Positions 17,229 through 26,610 of a DNA stretch of 64,000 bases are shown piece by piece. A model generated the notes under the pieces. It ran no database searches, was not told the origin of the DNA, and worked only from the letters and a program-made list of their open reading frames with translations. How positions within the stretch are numbered: position 1 is the stretch's first letter; every line of letters starts with the position of its first letter. The DNA is from a virus. The DNA is taken from the IMG/VR virus record IMGVR_UViG_3300049489_001336, positions 32,001-96,000 of that record. One strand, given 5' to 3'. The translations under genes were made by a program, and so were the position numbers.

Positions 17229-19958
17229 ATGGTACGACCGATTGTTCTACTTTTCCAGGAGTTTGCGACCACGACGGCGACTCCTTCTACGCCTGACCTC
17301 AATTGTTTGATTGTCGGGCCGGCGTACCAAATTAAAGACTACCCGGATGACAAGGAAAGCATCCAGGTCTCTGATTATGGCGACTTAAACCTCGACAACC
17401 CGTACACGCCCCCGGTGGCGAATACAGCTGCTATCACGTTAGCGGCGCCTCCGGACATCGAGGCAGGTAGTTGGGTTGTTCCGTCGTCCATCAAGGTTTA
17501 CTTCGACGAAGCGCGCGTAATTTTGGCGTCGGGTACAAACGGCGTAACGGTAACGTCTTCGCCTAATGAAAACACCCTGACTTCGTCAGGTGCGACTTTC
17601 GTTACGGCAGGTGTTCAAGCGGGCGATACGCTTATCGTCGACAACCCCGCAGGTCCCGCGACGCCCAACCTCGTATTAACTGTGTTGAGCGTCGACAGTG
17701 AAACTGTCCTGCGGGTATCTTCAAATTTCTCCGCAGCTGACACCGGTCTCAACTACCGCGTTGAGCGCAAGCTATCTAATCAGTTGGTTGATAGTTCTTT
17801 CGTTGTAGCGCCCACGTACACGCAGTCTAATCAAATAGAAATTCTGGGCGGCGTGACACTTACTGTGGGCGCTACTCCGCGCACAGTTTCGTATGCGAAG
17901 GTCTATGTCGAATATCGAGCCTTCCGTACAGACCTCCAAACCCTGGACTCTGTAAACAGCACCTCGGATATTGAAACTAAGGTTGGACGCATTGACAGTC
18001 GCAATCCGCTTGCGGGTGCATTGTTTGTCGCAAAGCAGAACTCGGGCCAGGCCCCTGTTCAGTTTTATGGCATCGCGTCTAATGACCTCGAAGGCTATGT
18101 AAAAGCCAAAGAGGCGGTCTCAAACGATGAAAGCATTTATGCCATCGTCGTTTGTACGACCGACCTTGCGGTCGTGGCTGCGTTCAATGCAGACAACGTG
18201 ACTCTTGCAGATCCTACTGAGGCTCTAGATAGCGGTGTCCCCCAGAAATTCCGCGTTGTTATTGGTGCGGGTGAGTTGACAACCACGACCGATATCGTGG
18301 ATGAAAACACCGACGCGACAACAGAAGCCTTGACCGGCGCGATTCCGCCGGGAGTCAAGACGATCAACATCGCGTCGTTGGACGCTCTGGGCGACAATTT
18401 AAAGCCTGGAGATAAATTGGTGCTGTCAGCCAGTGAAAACGTTGCGACGTTGGACGGTACTTACACCATCGCGCATATCAACAGCGCAACACAGTTGGAG
18501 CTCGATGAAGCTCTTCCAGCTACGGTGAGCAGCGCCGAAGGCATTAACTACACGGTTACGCGTCCGTCCACAGGGGCTACGATTGTTTCGCTAGTTGACA
18601 ATCGCGCATACCTTACGACGGAAGCTGTTACCTACAAATCCCGTGTCGCAGGCGTAACCCCTGGCGCTCGTACCATTGCTAAGGTACAAAATGGTACCAC
18701 TGCAAACGGCATTTACAGCATCGTAGAAGTCGCAGGGGTATCAACTGTCATTAACGGTGATTTCTCTTCTAACAATATCTCCGCACAGGAGATAGTGGAT
18801 GCGATCAATACAGGGTCTGGCGTTACTTTAACGTTCACAGGTTCTGTAAATCTAGTGGCGTCCACAAGCGCGGGTACAACAGTACAAACGGCGGCTGCCG
18901 CTGCGGCGCTTTCCACGGGTACTGCAGGTGTAGACGACCTGACATCAACTGCGGCACTCAACGCCGCGTTTATCCGCCTTTTCGATTCGAACGCTACGTT
19001 CATTACTGACGGAGTGCTCGCAGGGGATATCATTGAAATTCCCGCGAATCCAAATGGCGTATTCGGTGCAAGCACCAAGCGGTTTGTGGTGGATCAAGTT
19101 GTCAGCGAGCAACGGCTACAGATCGAAAACATCGCGTCGGGGGCCTATCAAAACAACACCTCGACCGTTGAAAACGAGCTGCCCCACACGGACAACCGCC
19201 TTGGAACAGGTACTACTGTTTCTCAAGGATCTATCCGCTACCGCGTTATCCGCGAATTAAGCAAAGATCAACAAGTCGCTGAATTGGTGTCTCAAGCACA
19301 GAGCATCAATTCACGGCGTGCGATTTTGGCTTGGCCAGATCTCGTAACAGTGTCGGGTCTTGTTGATGGGTCTAAGCCTGCCAACGCGGACGGCACCGCT
19401 GCCGCAGCTGACCCGCAGCCGGGTTGGTATCTGTCTGCGGCTATCGGCGGTATGACCGCGGGCTTGCCCAGCCATCAGGGCTTTAGCCGATTGGGTATTG
19501 CTGGCGTCAGTCGCGTTGAACACTCCAGCGAATACTTCACCGCTCGACAGCTTTCGGACTTGTCGGATGGTGGCTGGTACGTGTTCCAGCAGAACACGCC
19601 GTCGTCACTGCCGTATAGCATTCACCAACTCACGACAGACCCCAGCACGCTGGAGTCCGGTGAGTACTCCATTGTTAAAAACTTTGACTTCGTGTCGTTG
19701 TTCTTCCTTGGAGTGCTTGAGCCCTTCCTTGGTGTTTGGAACGTCAATAACGACACCCTTGGCTTTATGCGCCAAGCTATGAGCACCGGCATTGAGCAGC
19801 TTAAACTGCGCCGCGTCGCTAAGATCGGTGCGCCTTTGAATGGCGCTACGATTACTTCGTTGGAAGTATCCCCTGCCTCCGCAGACCGTGTAGAGATTTA
19901 CGTCGAGGTTGATTTGCCCAAGCCCTTGAACGTAATTGGTCTCCACCTTGTTGCGTGA
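17229..19958 (+). CDS. contractile tail sheath protein
   Basis: ~909 aa from ATG 17229; conserved sheath C-terminus (SAAIGGMTAGLPSHQG...LSDGGWYVF...IHQLTTD...SIVKNFDFVS...VEVDLPKPLNVIGLHL). Confidence 0.85.
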   Translation: MVRPIVLLFQEFATTTATPSTPDLNCLIVGPAYQIKDYPDDKESIQVSDYGDLNLDNPYTPPVANTAAITLAAPPDIEAGSWVVPSSIKVYFDEARVILASGTNGVTVTSSPNENTLTSSGATFVTAGVQAGDTLIVDNPAGPATPNLVLTVLSVDSETVLRVSSNFSAADTGLNYRVERKLSNQLVDSSFVVAPTYTQSNQIEILGGVTLTVGATPRTVSYAKVYVEYRAFRTDLQTLDSVNSTSDIETKVGRIDSRNPLAGALFVAKQNSGQAPVQFYGIASNDLEGYVKAKEAVSNDESIYAIVVCTTDLAVVAAFNADNVTLADPTEALDSGVPQKFRVVIGAGELTTTTDIVDENTDATTEALTGAIPPGVKTINIASLDALGDNLKPGDKLVLSASENVATLDGTYTIAHINSATQLELDEALPATVSSAEGINYTVTRPSTGATIVSLVDNRAYLTTEAVTYKSRVAGVTPGARTIAKVQNGTTANGIYSIVEVAGVSTVINGDFSSNNISAQEIVDAINTGSGVTLTFTGSVNLVASTSAGTTVQTAAAAAALSTGTAGVDDLTSTAALNAAFIRLFDSNATFITDGVLAGDIIEIPANPNGVFGASTKRFVVDQVVSEQRLQIENIASGAYQNNTSTVENELPHTDNRLGTGTTVSQGSIRYRVIRELSKDQQVAELVSQAQSINSRRAILAWPDLVTVSGLVDGSKPANADGTAAAADPQPGWYLSAAIGGMTAGLPSHQGFSRLGIAGVSRVEHSSEYFTARQLSDLSDGGWYVFQQNTPSSLPYSIHQLTTDPSTLESGEYSIVKNFDFVSLFFLGVLEPFLGVWNVNNDTLGFMRQAMSTGIEQLKLRRVAKIGAPLNGATITSLEVSPASADRVEIYVEVDLPKPLNVIGLHLVA

Positions 19959-20902
19959 TAGGGTCAGTTGTGGCCTTTACTCCTGACGAACAAATCCCCC
20001 CAGATTTTGTCGCTTCTTTCGAAAAGGCGGCATTCTGGGGTGCTTTAAGCGGCCTTGCGCAAAAGGCTATGCCTTTTCTGCGTAAATACGGACCAGGAGT
20101 AGGAAGCGCAGCAGCGCGCGCGGGTGCTCGTGGTGCTCAGCGTTTTACGCCTGAATTCCTACGTCCGACCGTAAACGCGCTTAAAATGGTCGGCGGTAAA
20201 TACGGTCCTAACGCAGTGGGCCAGGCGTTTGCGCCTTATGGCAAACAACTTGAGCGAGGCATTGTAAACGCGTCAGGTAGCTTGTTTGGACAAAATGCTA
20301 AGCCGCTTACGCACCGACTCATTCGAGGATTACCTCAAGAGATGGTGCGGCAGAGCGCAGGCGGCGCTATCGCAGGCGGCCTTCTTGAAGGTGGCTTAGG
20401 TGCTGCCTTTGCGGAAGACGGTGAGGGTTTATCCGCTTTCGCGAAGGGGTTAGGTAGTGGCGCGCTGTCTGGTGCTGCGTTTGGTGCGGTGTCTGGTGGA
20501 ATCGGCAAAGGCATTACAAATGCCCGTTCTGAAGCTACGCGGCGCATGGCATTGAACCAGGGTGTCGCACCTAAAAACCTAAATAAGGTTCTAAAAGAAC
20601 AAAACGAGCGTGGCTTCTTTGGAAGTATCAAAGACGTTTATACAGGCAAAGGTTCTTTAGGGCGCGCAGGGGCAGGTCTAGGGGCTACGGGAGCTCTTGC
20701 TCAGTTTGGCGGTGAGTGGTTTTTGCCTAGCATGATTCTACCTGGCGGAGATACAGAACCACCAACACCGCCACCGCCTCAGCCTTATCAAGCACCGCCA
20801 TCCCTACAACAAGCACAACAACCACAACCTAAGCTTGGGGCTTATGGTCTGAGGCCTATCGATTTTACAAGGCTTCCAGGCTATTATACTAAGCGAAATT
20901 AA
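19955..20902 (+). CDS. Gly/Ala-rich putative internal virion protein
   Basis: 315 aa; FEKAAFW; several glycine-zipper segments; Pro/Gln tail. Confidence 0.55.
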   Translation: MIGSVVAFTPDEQIPPDFVASFEKAAFWGALSGLAQKAMPFLRKYGPGVGSAAARAGARGAQRFTPEFLRPTVNALKMVGGKYGPNAVGQAFAPYGKQLERGIVNASGSLFGQNAKPLTHRLIRGLPQEMVRQSAGGAIAGGLLEGGLGAAFAEDGEGLSAFAKGLGSGALSGAAFGAVSGGIGKGITNARSEATRRMALNQGVAPKNLNKVLKEQNERGFFGSIKDVYTGKGSLGRAGAGLGATGALAQFGGEWFLPSMILPGGDTEPPTPPPPQPYQAPPSLQQAQQPQPKLGAYGLRPIDFTRLPGYYTKRN

Positions 20903-20932
20903 GTTTGAGCTACTCAACTTTAGGAGTCAGCG

Positions 20933-21676
20933 ATGTCGCTCGGTATTACCCGCAATTTGACGACTTGGCGTTTCCAAGATCAGTACGTAGAACGAGTCAT
21001 GGATAACGCTGCGTATACGTCGGCTCATCCCGACGATACGCTCGTCCTGGCGGGACCCGCGCGTTCGCACCAGGCTTCCCCTTCGGCCACGGACACTATC
21101 GGGTCGTTGTTGGCTATCGGCATGATGCAGAATTTGTCGATTAACCAAGTTAAATCTACGACACCTGTTATGGCCATCGGTTCTGGCCGTTCGTTCTTCG
21201 TGAGCGGCAAAGCGCAAGGCAGTGGATCTATCGCTCGTCTTTTTGTGAATGGGCGCAATTTACTTCGCGTTCTGTATCACAATGCGCGTACGCAAAATCT
21301 CGCAGTAAATGAGCTAGACGATCCTGCTGCGCTGTCGGGCACGAGTAAATTTTACATCAATTTAGACTCTGAGTTGTACCTAATTCCTTTTGGGTTAGGG
21401 ACTATTTTCAGAACTAAATCACGCGATTTTATCGGCGGCATGTACGCAGAACTTACGATGATTCAGTCGTATAACATCAGTGTACAAGCAGGTTCTAACA
21501 TGATTGCCGAGCAAGTCGGCTTCATGTTTGATCGCTTGATGCCCTTTTCAGACCCGACCAACATGACCGGTGTACCCCGCGCCACCTTAGACGAGGTAGT
21601 TGGGTTCCTCGACAAGACAGATGAGGAAGTTGCTAACGAGTCCTTAGGCTCCGCAACTGTGGCTGCAGTGGTCTAA
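20933..21676 (+). CDS. tail tube protein
   Basis: 247 aa; AIGMMQNLSINQ...MAIGSGRSFFVSGK...GSIARL...YNISVQAG..MIAEQV tube-like pattern downstream of the sheath; RBS AGGAG. Confidence 0.7.
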   Translation: MSLGITRNLTTWRFQDQYVERVMDNAAYTSAHPDDTLVLAGPARSHQASPSATDTIGSLLAIGMMQNLSINQVKSTTPVMAIGSGRSFFVSGKAQGSGSIARLFVNGRNLLRVLYHNARTQNLAVNELDDPAALSGTSKFYINLDSELYLIPFGLGTIFRTKSRDFIGGMYAELTMIQSYNISVQAGSNMIAEQVGFMFDRLMPFSDPTNMTGVPRATLDEVVGFLDKTDEEVANESLGSATVAAVV

Positions 21677-22086
21677 TGCGTTTGTCTGCACGTACTGCAG
21701 GAGCCTATGCCGCAGCGGCTCGACTTGGGCTTATCAAGTTGAGCGCTGCGGGCTCTTCTGCGCTTGTGCATGTACCTCGAAGTGCACCTTCATTTACGCC
21801 CGCGCGACTACTCGGGGGCGCAGCGGTAGGCGCTCTTACAGGGGGCTATTTAGCTCCAGAGGACCGTACAGGAACAGGCACCCTGTATGGCGCAGCGCTT
21901 GGCGCTTTGGGCGCGGGCACAGGCCACGCACTCAGTCCATTACTGCAAGACGCCCGCAGTATTCGTAAAAGCAACGCAATTCCTGCGATGGGCACCGCGT
22001 TAGGAACTCTCTCAGGAATCGGGGCTACGCAGGCCTTGATTAATAAAGATGTAGCGGATACTTCAGAGAACCCATACCGCTACTAG
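21676..22086 (+). CDS. small Gly-rich putative internal virion protein with targeting-like motif
   Basis: GAYAAAARLGLIKLS then ALVHVP; three glycine-zipper segments; similar to 43200. Confidence 0.55.
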   Translation: MRLSARTAGAYAAAARLGLIKLSAAGSSALVHVPRSAPSFTPARLLGGAAVGALTGGYLAPEDRTGTGTLYGAALGALGAGTGHALSPLLQDARSIRKSNAIPAMGTALGTLSGIGATQALINKDVADTSENPYRY

Positions 22087-22300
22087 TCGAAATCCTCTAA
22101 AGGGCTTTGCTTGTAAATTAGTTATTCACCAATTCACAAGCTTCTATCAAGCACTCTTTTGCAAGAGTTCTCTCATTGCGCTCCAGCCGAGCGCGTGAAT
22201 ATTAATCGCAGCATTGAGATCTCTGTGCATGCGTAAGCCACAGAAAGAGCAAATATGCTCTCGCATGTCTAAAGTCTTTTTAGTTACTTTTTGACATTGC
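22085..22300 (-). ncRNA. putative TnpB omega-RNA (scaffold overlapping the tnpB 3' end; boundaries approximate)
   Basis: Expected position from TnpB biology; ...AAAGCCCTTTAGAGGATTTCGAC resembles a shortened IS200/IS605 right end. Confidence 0.35.
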
Positions 22301-23253
22301 GAACAACGTTGCGTTGTGCCTTTTGGGTCCACTGCAATGGCGTATTTCCCAGCTTCTTCCGCTTTGGAAATTAAACATTGCGTGAATTTGCCCCAAGCGG
22401 CGTCATAGATCGATTTCGAGAAACGGCTTTGAGCCATTCCTTTGATATTCAGTTTCTCGTAAGCGACAAAGTCGTATTTAGTGACTAGCGCCTTTGCTAG
22501 CTTACGGACAAAGTCTAGCCGTTGATTTCTGATTTTTTCGTGTGCTTTAACGACCAAAAGCTTTGCCCGCTTGCGAGAATTGGACCCTTTCTTTTTCCGA
22601 CTGAGCGCTTGCTGTCGTTTGGCAAGGACGTCTTCAGACTTATGGTAGAATCGAGGATTCTCGATTACGTCAGCGTTAGAAAGAGTCGCAAAGTCTGTTA
22701 GACCAACATCAATGCCAATAGAATTCTTGATTTGGCTGACTTTGGTAGGAGCTTCTCCAAGGTCACATACGATAGAGACAGCCCAGCCTTTGGATGTTCG
22801 CATGACTTGTGCGTGCTTCGGGATGCCTTGGAGCGGCCGATACTTTTTGAATTTTACAGAGCCTAGTTTAGGAACAATAATAGTATTACCAGAGATCCTT
22901 GGCACAGAAAATTCAAATGAATCGTAGCGATCAAGGCTGCGAAACCGCGGGTAACCTGGCGTTTGTCCTGCTTTGATTCTTCTAAAGAACGCTTTAAAAG
23001 ACCTATCTAATCTAATCAAAGTCTGTTGTAGAACAACAGCAGATACCTTACGGAAGTCTTCGTTATCGTGCCTAAGTTGGGTGAGCTCTTTGTGTTGATC
23101 GTAAACGTTAATAGCCTTTTTTTGTTTACGATAAGCGTCTCTACGTTGCTCCAACCCTGCGTTGTATAATTGCTGACACGCTTTCAATATAAACATTAGC
23201 TCAATTTCTTGAGCTTGAGTTGGTTGTAGAGGGTATCGGAAAGCGCGTATCAC
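22147..23253 (-). mobile_element. tnpB: IS200/IS605-family TnpB RNA-guided endonuclease (solo, no tnpA in window)
   Basis: N-terminal RAFRYPLQPT, RuvC triad GIDVG / YEKL / HRDLNAAINI, CSQC...CSFC Zn finger. Confidence 0.92.
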
Positions 23254-23311
23254 TTGACTGGTTTGGTAACATAAGTTGATTTTACAGGCAAGGCCCGTCT
23301 AAAGTAACGGC

Positions 23312-24832
23312 ATGTCGCGAACACATGCCACGCCCTCTGATATGAACGCTCCAAACCGTGGCAATAGACACGGTGGTGTGGGCGATCGTTTTCGTAGAGG
23401 CGAATTTGCTACCGTTATTTCTTATCAGGCTGATACGTATACCGCAAACGTGCGTACTGAGAACGGACGTCCTTTAACGGGCGTTCCGCGGTTACGAACT
23501 TCGCCAGGCGATGTCACTGCGTTAGAGCCTGGAACTGAAGTGCTTATTACGCATGAATACGGCGAACCCCTTATTTTAGGAATTGTGTCCATTCCCGGTA
23601 AAACGGTGAGTGCAGCTCGATTTTCTGCGACGGATGTACAAGGATTTGGTGGCCAAGGGCTAAATAAAAGCCAGACCCTTACCGAGGGTAATTACAGACA
23701 ACCCGCAGAGCCTGACGACATTGCCCCTGGTGATTGGGCTCACGTAGGCTCTGATGGAAACTTGGTCGCCGTATTAGGTGGCGGTGTTAACGTCCTAAAA
23801 TCGAGTGCTTTGGCGCAAATAAGAACGCACCTCATCAATGACCTCGTCGAAGTAATCTCCAGGAACTATCGCCATGTCTCTGATATGGGAGAGTTCACGA
23901 TTCAAAACAATGATGGCCGCATTAATATGCGATTTCGAGGCGGCACCGATCAACGCTCCGAAGCAGGTCCTGACGAAGAAAATTGGACTGTGAAATTCGA
24001 TTTAGGCTCCGAAGGAGATATGCTCAATTTAGAGCTGTGCACACCTCTTGGGCAGACGTTATTTAAATTTCACGTAAATGCCGATGGACAGTGCGAAATC
24101 TACGGGATTAACGGAGTCTCCATTAATTCGGGATCTCAAAGCGGAACTCCCAGCGTTGAACAGAGTACAGGGAGTAAACGCAGAGAAATTGGCGGCGACC
24201 AAACCGTAGTCATCCAAGGAGACAAACGTACTACCGTAGGTGGTAACGAAAGTACCGAAACGTCTGCCGATCATACCGTTAGCGCAGGCAACGATTTGCG
24301 CAACCAAGCATTACGTGACCTAGCCCTTGGCTGCGGACGTAATATGTACGTGCAAGCAACTGGCGATGGTCTTAACGACGCGCTCACGTTTGATATTGAA
24401 CACGGCAGTTGGGTCGTTGATATCGGAGGGCCTACGTCGTTGAACCCATTAAGCGGTTTTTCAATGAAAACCTTTTCTGGAGATATGACTTTTGAGTCTA
24501 CGTTAGGGGGTAATTTCAAGGTTACTACCTTGTTAGGTAACCTTGAAACCTCTACGCTCAAAACTATTATAAATACCAATTTTATGCCTGATTCGGTCAT
24601 CCTAGGCGGGAATGTACTGGCAAGTCATATCGTCAAATATGAACAATTAGAGCAGCATCTTCGTCTTCTTTATCAGCTACTAGATACACATATTCACATC
24701 GAATCAGGAACAAGTGTAGCTGCAGGTATCCCTGTGACAGGAACAAGTGGGCCGCCCGTCCTTCCCATCAGTCCTATCCTTAGTCCCACGCTGCTTACCT
24801 TTAAGAGTTTAACTACAGGGGTGTCACTTTGA
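23312..24832 (+). CDS. baseplate central spike (gp5/gpV/VgrG-like)
   Basis: N-terminal OB-like ATVISYQADTYTANVR, beta-helix repeats (IGGDQTVVIQGDKRTTVGGNE), C-terminal THIH metal-tip motif. Confidence 0.65.
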   Translation: MSRTHATPSDMNAPNRGNRHGGVGDRFRRGEFATVISYQADTYTANVRTENGRPLTGVPRLRTSPGDVTALEPGTEVLITHEYGEPLILGIVSIPGKTVSAARFSATDVQGFGGQGLNKSQTLTEGNYRQPAEPDDIAPGDWAHVGSDGNLVAVLGGGVNVLKSSALAQIRTHLINDLVEVISRNYRHVSDMGEFTIQNNDGRINMRFRGGTDQRSEAGPDEENWTVKFDLGSEGDMLNLELCTPLGQTLFKFHVNADGQCEIYGINGVSINSGSQSGTPSVEQSTGSKRREIGGDQTVVIQGDKRTTVGGNESTETSADHTVSAGNDLRNQALRDLALGCGRNMYVQATGDGLNDALTFDIEHGSWVVDIGGPTSLNPLSGFSMKTFSGDMTFESTLGGNFKVTTLLGNLETSTLKTIINTNFMPDSVILGGNVLASHIVKYEQLEQHLRLLYQLLDTHIHIESGTSVAAGIPVTGTSGPPVLPISPILSPTLLTFKSLTTGVSL

Positions 24833-25295
24833 ACGTGTCTTCGTTAACAGTGATAACACCTTTGCAGCCCTCAACGGCACAGCGATAGCAAAGCGTCACA
24901 GTATCACGTTCCTCGGTATTGAGTGTGTCCTGTTCTATGCTGTTACCCTGGGAGGTAATCTCTACATTTTGAATTTGCGCCACTAGGGCTAGTCGCTCTT
25001 TTACAAAAAACTGTGCGTTCTTGCATTCGGGACAAATAATAGGTTTTCTACGACCGTTTACTGCGCGTTCCCACAAAACGGCTTTATCTACGTACGCGGT
25101 GGCTTCAGCTTCACGCAATGGAAAATGGTGCTGGCATACTTCACAGCGCATTAATTGCTGAGACGCAAATGTAGAAGGGCTTTCAAGATCTAAAAAAGAA
25201 AATTGTTGAGAATAAGGAACACCTGTTTCCATATAAATAAAACAACCGACGATGCGCACAGCTTGCTCATGACATTTCGGGCAACGTATAGACAT
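24813..25295 (-). CDS. double zinc-ribbon protein
   Basis: Start MSIRCPKC at 25295; CPKC, CEVC, CPEC, CAVEGC. Confidence 0.6.
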   Translation of the reverse strand: MSIRCPKCHEQAVRIVGCFIYMETGVPYSQQFSFLDLESPSTFASQQLMRCEVCQHHFPLREAEATAYVDKAVLWERAVNGRRKPIICPECKNAQFFVKERLALVAQIQNVEITSQGNSIEQDTLNTEERDTVTLCYRCAVEGCKGVITVNEDTFKVTPL

Positions 25296-25344
25296 TGTCC
25301 TTACGTACATGATCTTTTGACAAAAAGCAACGTCAGGTGTTTCT

Positions 25345-25725
25345 TCATTTGAAGCAATATTGCTTCTTATATGTTTTTGCAGTCCACAGACGGATCGCTG
25401 TGACTTTCTCAAAGGGCAATTCCTCGACCGTGAAAGGATCCACTTTCGGAGGTGAAAATACGCCCTTTTCAGGGGTATAACGCGGACGCAACGGAGCCAA
25501 CAGCACAACAGAACCGCGAACCCCAACAAGGTATCCGCGTTTCTCTCGATCTCCCAAGGAGAGATATACAAACGCAGGAGCGACGCGCTGAAGCTCCTTG
25601 TAAAGCGCTTCGCGCACTGCATTTGCGTATGCATGTTGCGCATCTACTTCTTTCACGCCTTGGTGTACAACTAGGCCCGTTACGGTAACCAGCGACGCTG
25701 CTGCAGCCACGCCGAGCCACAGCAT
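25345..25725 (-). CDS. membrane-anchored hypothetical protein
   Basis: N-terminal hydrophobic helix followed by a small beta domain. Confidence 0.5.
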   Translation of the reverse strand: MLWLGVAAAASLVTVTGLVVHQGVKEVDAQHAYANAVREALYKELQRVAPAFVYLSLGDREKRGYLVGVRGSVVLLAPLRPRYTPEKGVFSPPKVDPFTVEELPFEKVTAIRLWTAKTYKKQYCFK

Positions 25726-26109
25726 TTACGCGTCTTCCTGGTCGTTGTGTGCTTGCCTTCGTGCTAGCTCAGGCAAGAACACGTGTTGGATGATGTACTG
25801 GCCGTGGTGCCAGTCTTTAGCAACGCCGTTGTCGATCAGGTGGGCGTATACACCTAATTCGCCGGCGTCCCTGTATAAGCGCTCCAGCTCCTCGAAATCG
25901 AGGGCTATGGCATTCACAGCCGGGTCGGGTTTTGCAGTTTCTGCCGCGTTGACAACGGCCTCTACGACCGTCTTAGCAGCCTTGGCTGCGTCGTCTGCCG
26001 TTGTGTGGGGTCGCGTTAAATCCAATACAATGCGCGCGCACCCATAAATAGCTAACCCTAGAAGAACGGGGTTGGTAGCAGTAGCCCCTATCAACAATAA
26101 AGGGAACAT
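25726..26109 (-). CDS. membrane-anchored hypothetical protein
   Basis: 127 aa, RBS GGAGG, hydrophobic N-terminus. Confidence 0.55.
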   Translation of the reverse strand: MFPLLLIGATATNPVLLGLAIYGCARIVLDLTRPHTTADDAAKAAKTVVEAVVNAAETAKPDPAVNAIALDFEELERLYRDAGELGVYAHLIDNGVAKDWHHGQYIIQHVFLPELARRQAHNDQEDA

Positions 26110-26173
26110 GAAAACCTCCTAAAAAAGGACGCACACGGCGCCCTTCTATGACGTTAGACGAGCAGCGCGCCGC

Positions 26174-26347
26174 TCAGCTTTTCGCCGGAGCAGGCTGGGC
26201 CTTCACAGCGTTGTAGACGCGGTTTCCGATGTGGTAGACGCCCACTGCGGCCACCGTGCCGCCGGCGATAACCGCCCACTGCGGCAGCGTCATCGCTGCG
26301 CCCGCTGTCACCAGAACCGGAGCCATTGCTTTGAAAAGATTACCCAT
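26174..26347 (-). CDS. small membrane protein
   Basis: MGNLFKAM start at 26347 with AAGGAG RBS; 57 aa hydrophobic; followed by a terminator-like hairpin near 26120-26145. Confidence 0.55.
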   Translation of the reverse strand: MGNLFKAMAPVLVTAGAAMTLPQWAVIAGGTVAAVGVYHIGNRVYNAVKAQPAPAKS

Positions 26348-26610
26348 GGAAGTTCTCCTTGTTAGAGAGTTCAAAAAGTGAGAGGCATTTCTCACTACTA
26401 TATTATACCAAATAATCATTGGTTTTTATGACACCCGCTAAGTACAATACGGGATGCCCAAGGCTAAGTGGAACAGACCGCCTGTACTTGATTTGCTCCT
26501 AAAAATGAGGCTTCTAATCGAGCGTAAACGTAAAGAAGACATTGAACAAAAACTGAGCAGTGCGCACCGATTACTCAATTTACAGATTAAGACTTTGAAG
26601 AGGTCCTCTA

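Noticed and set aside
24813-25643. 276-aa version of the zinc-ribbon ORF
   Set aside because: The N-terminal extension overlaps 25345-25725; the start at 25295 is more plausible
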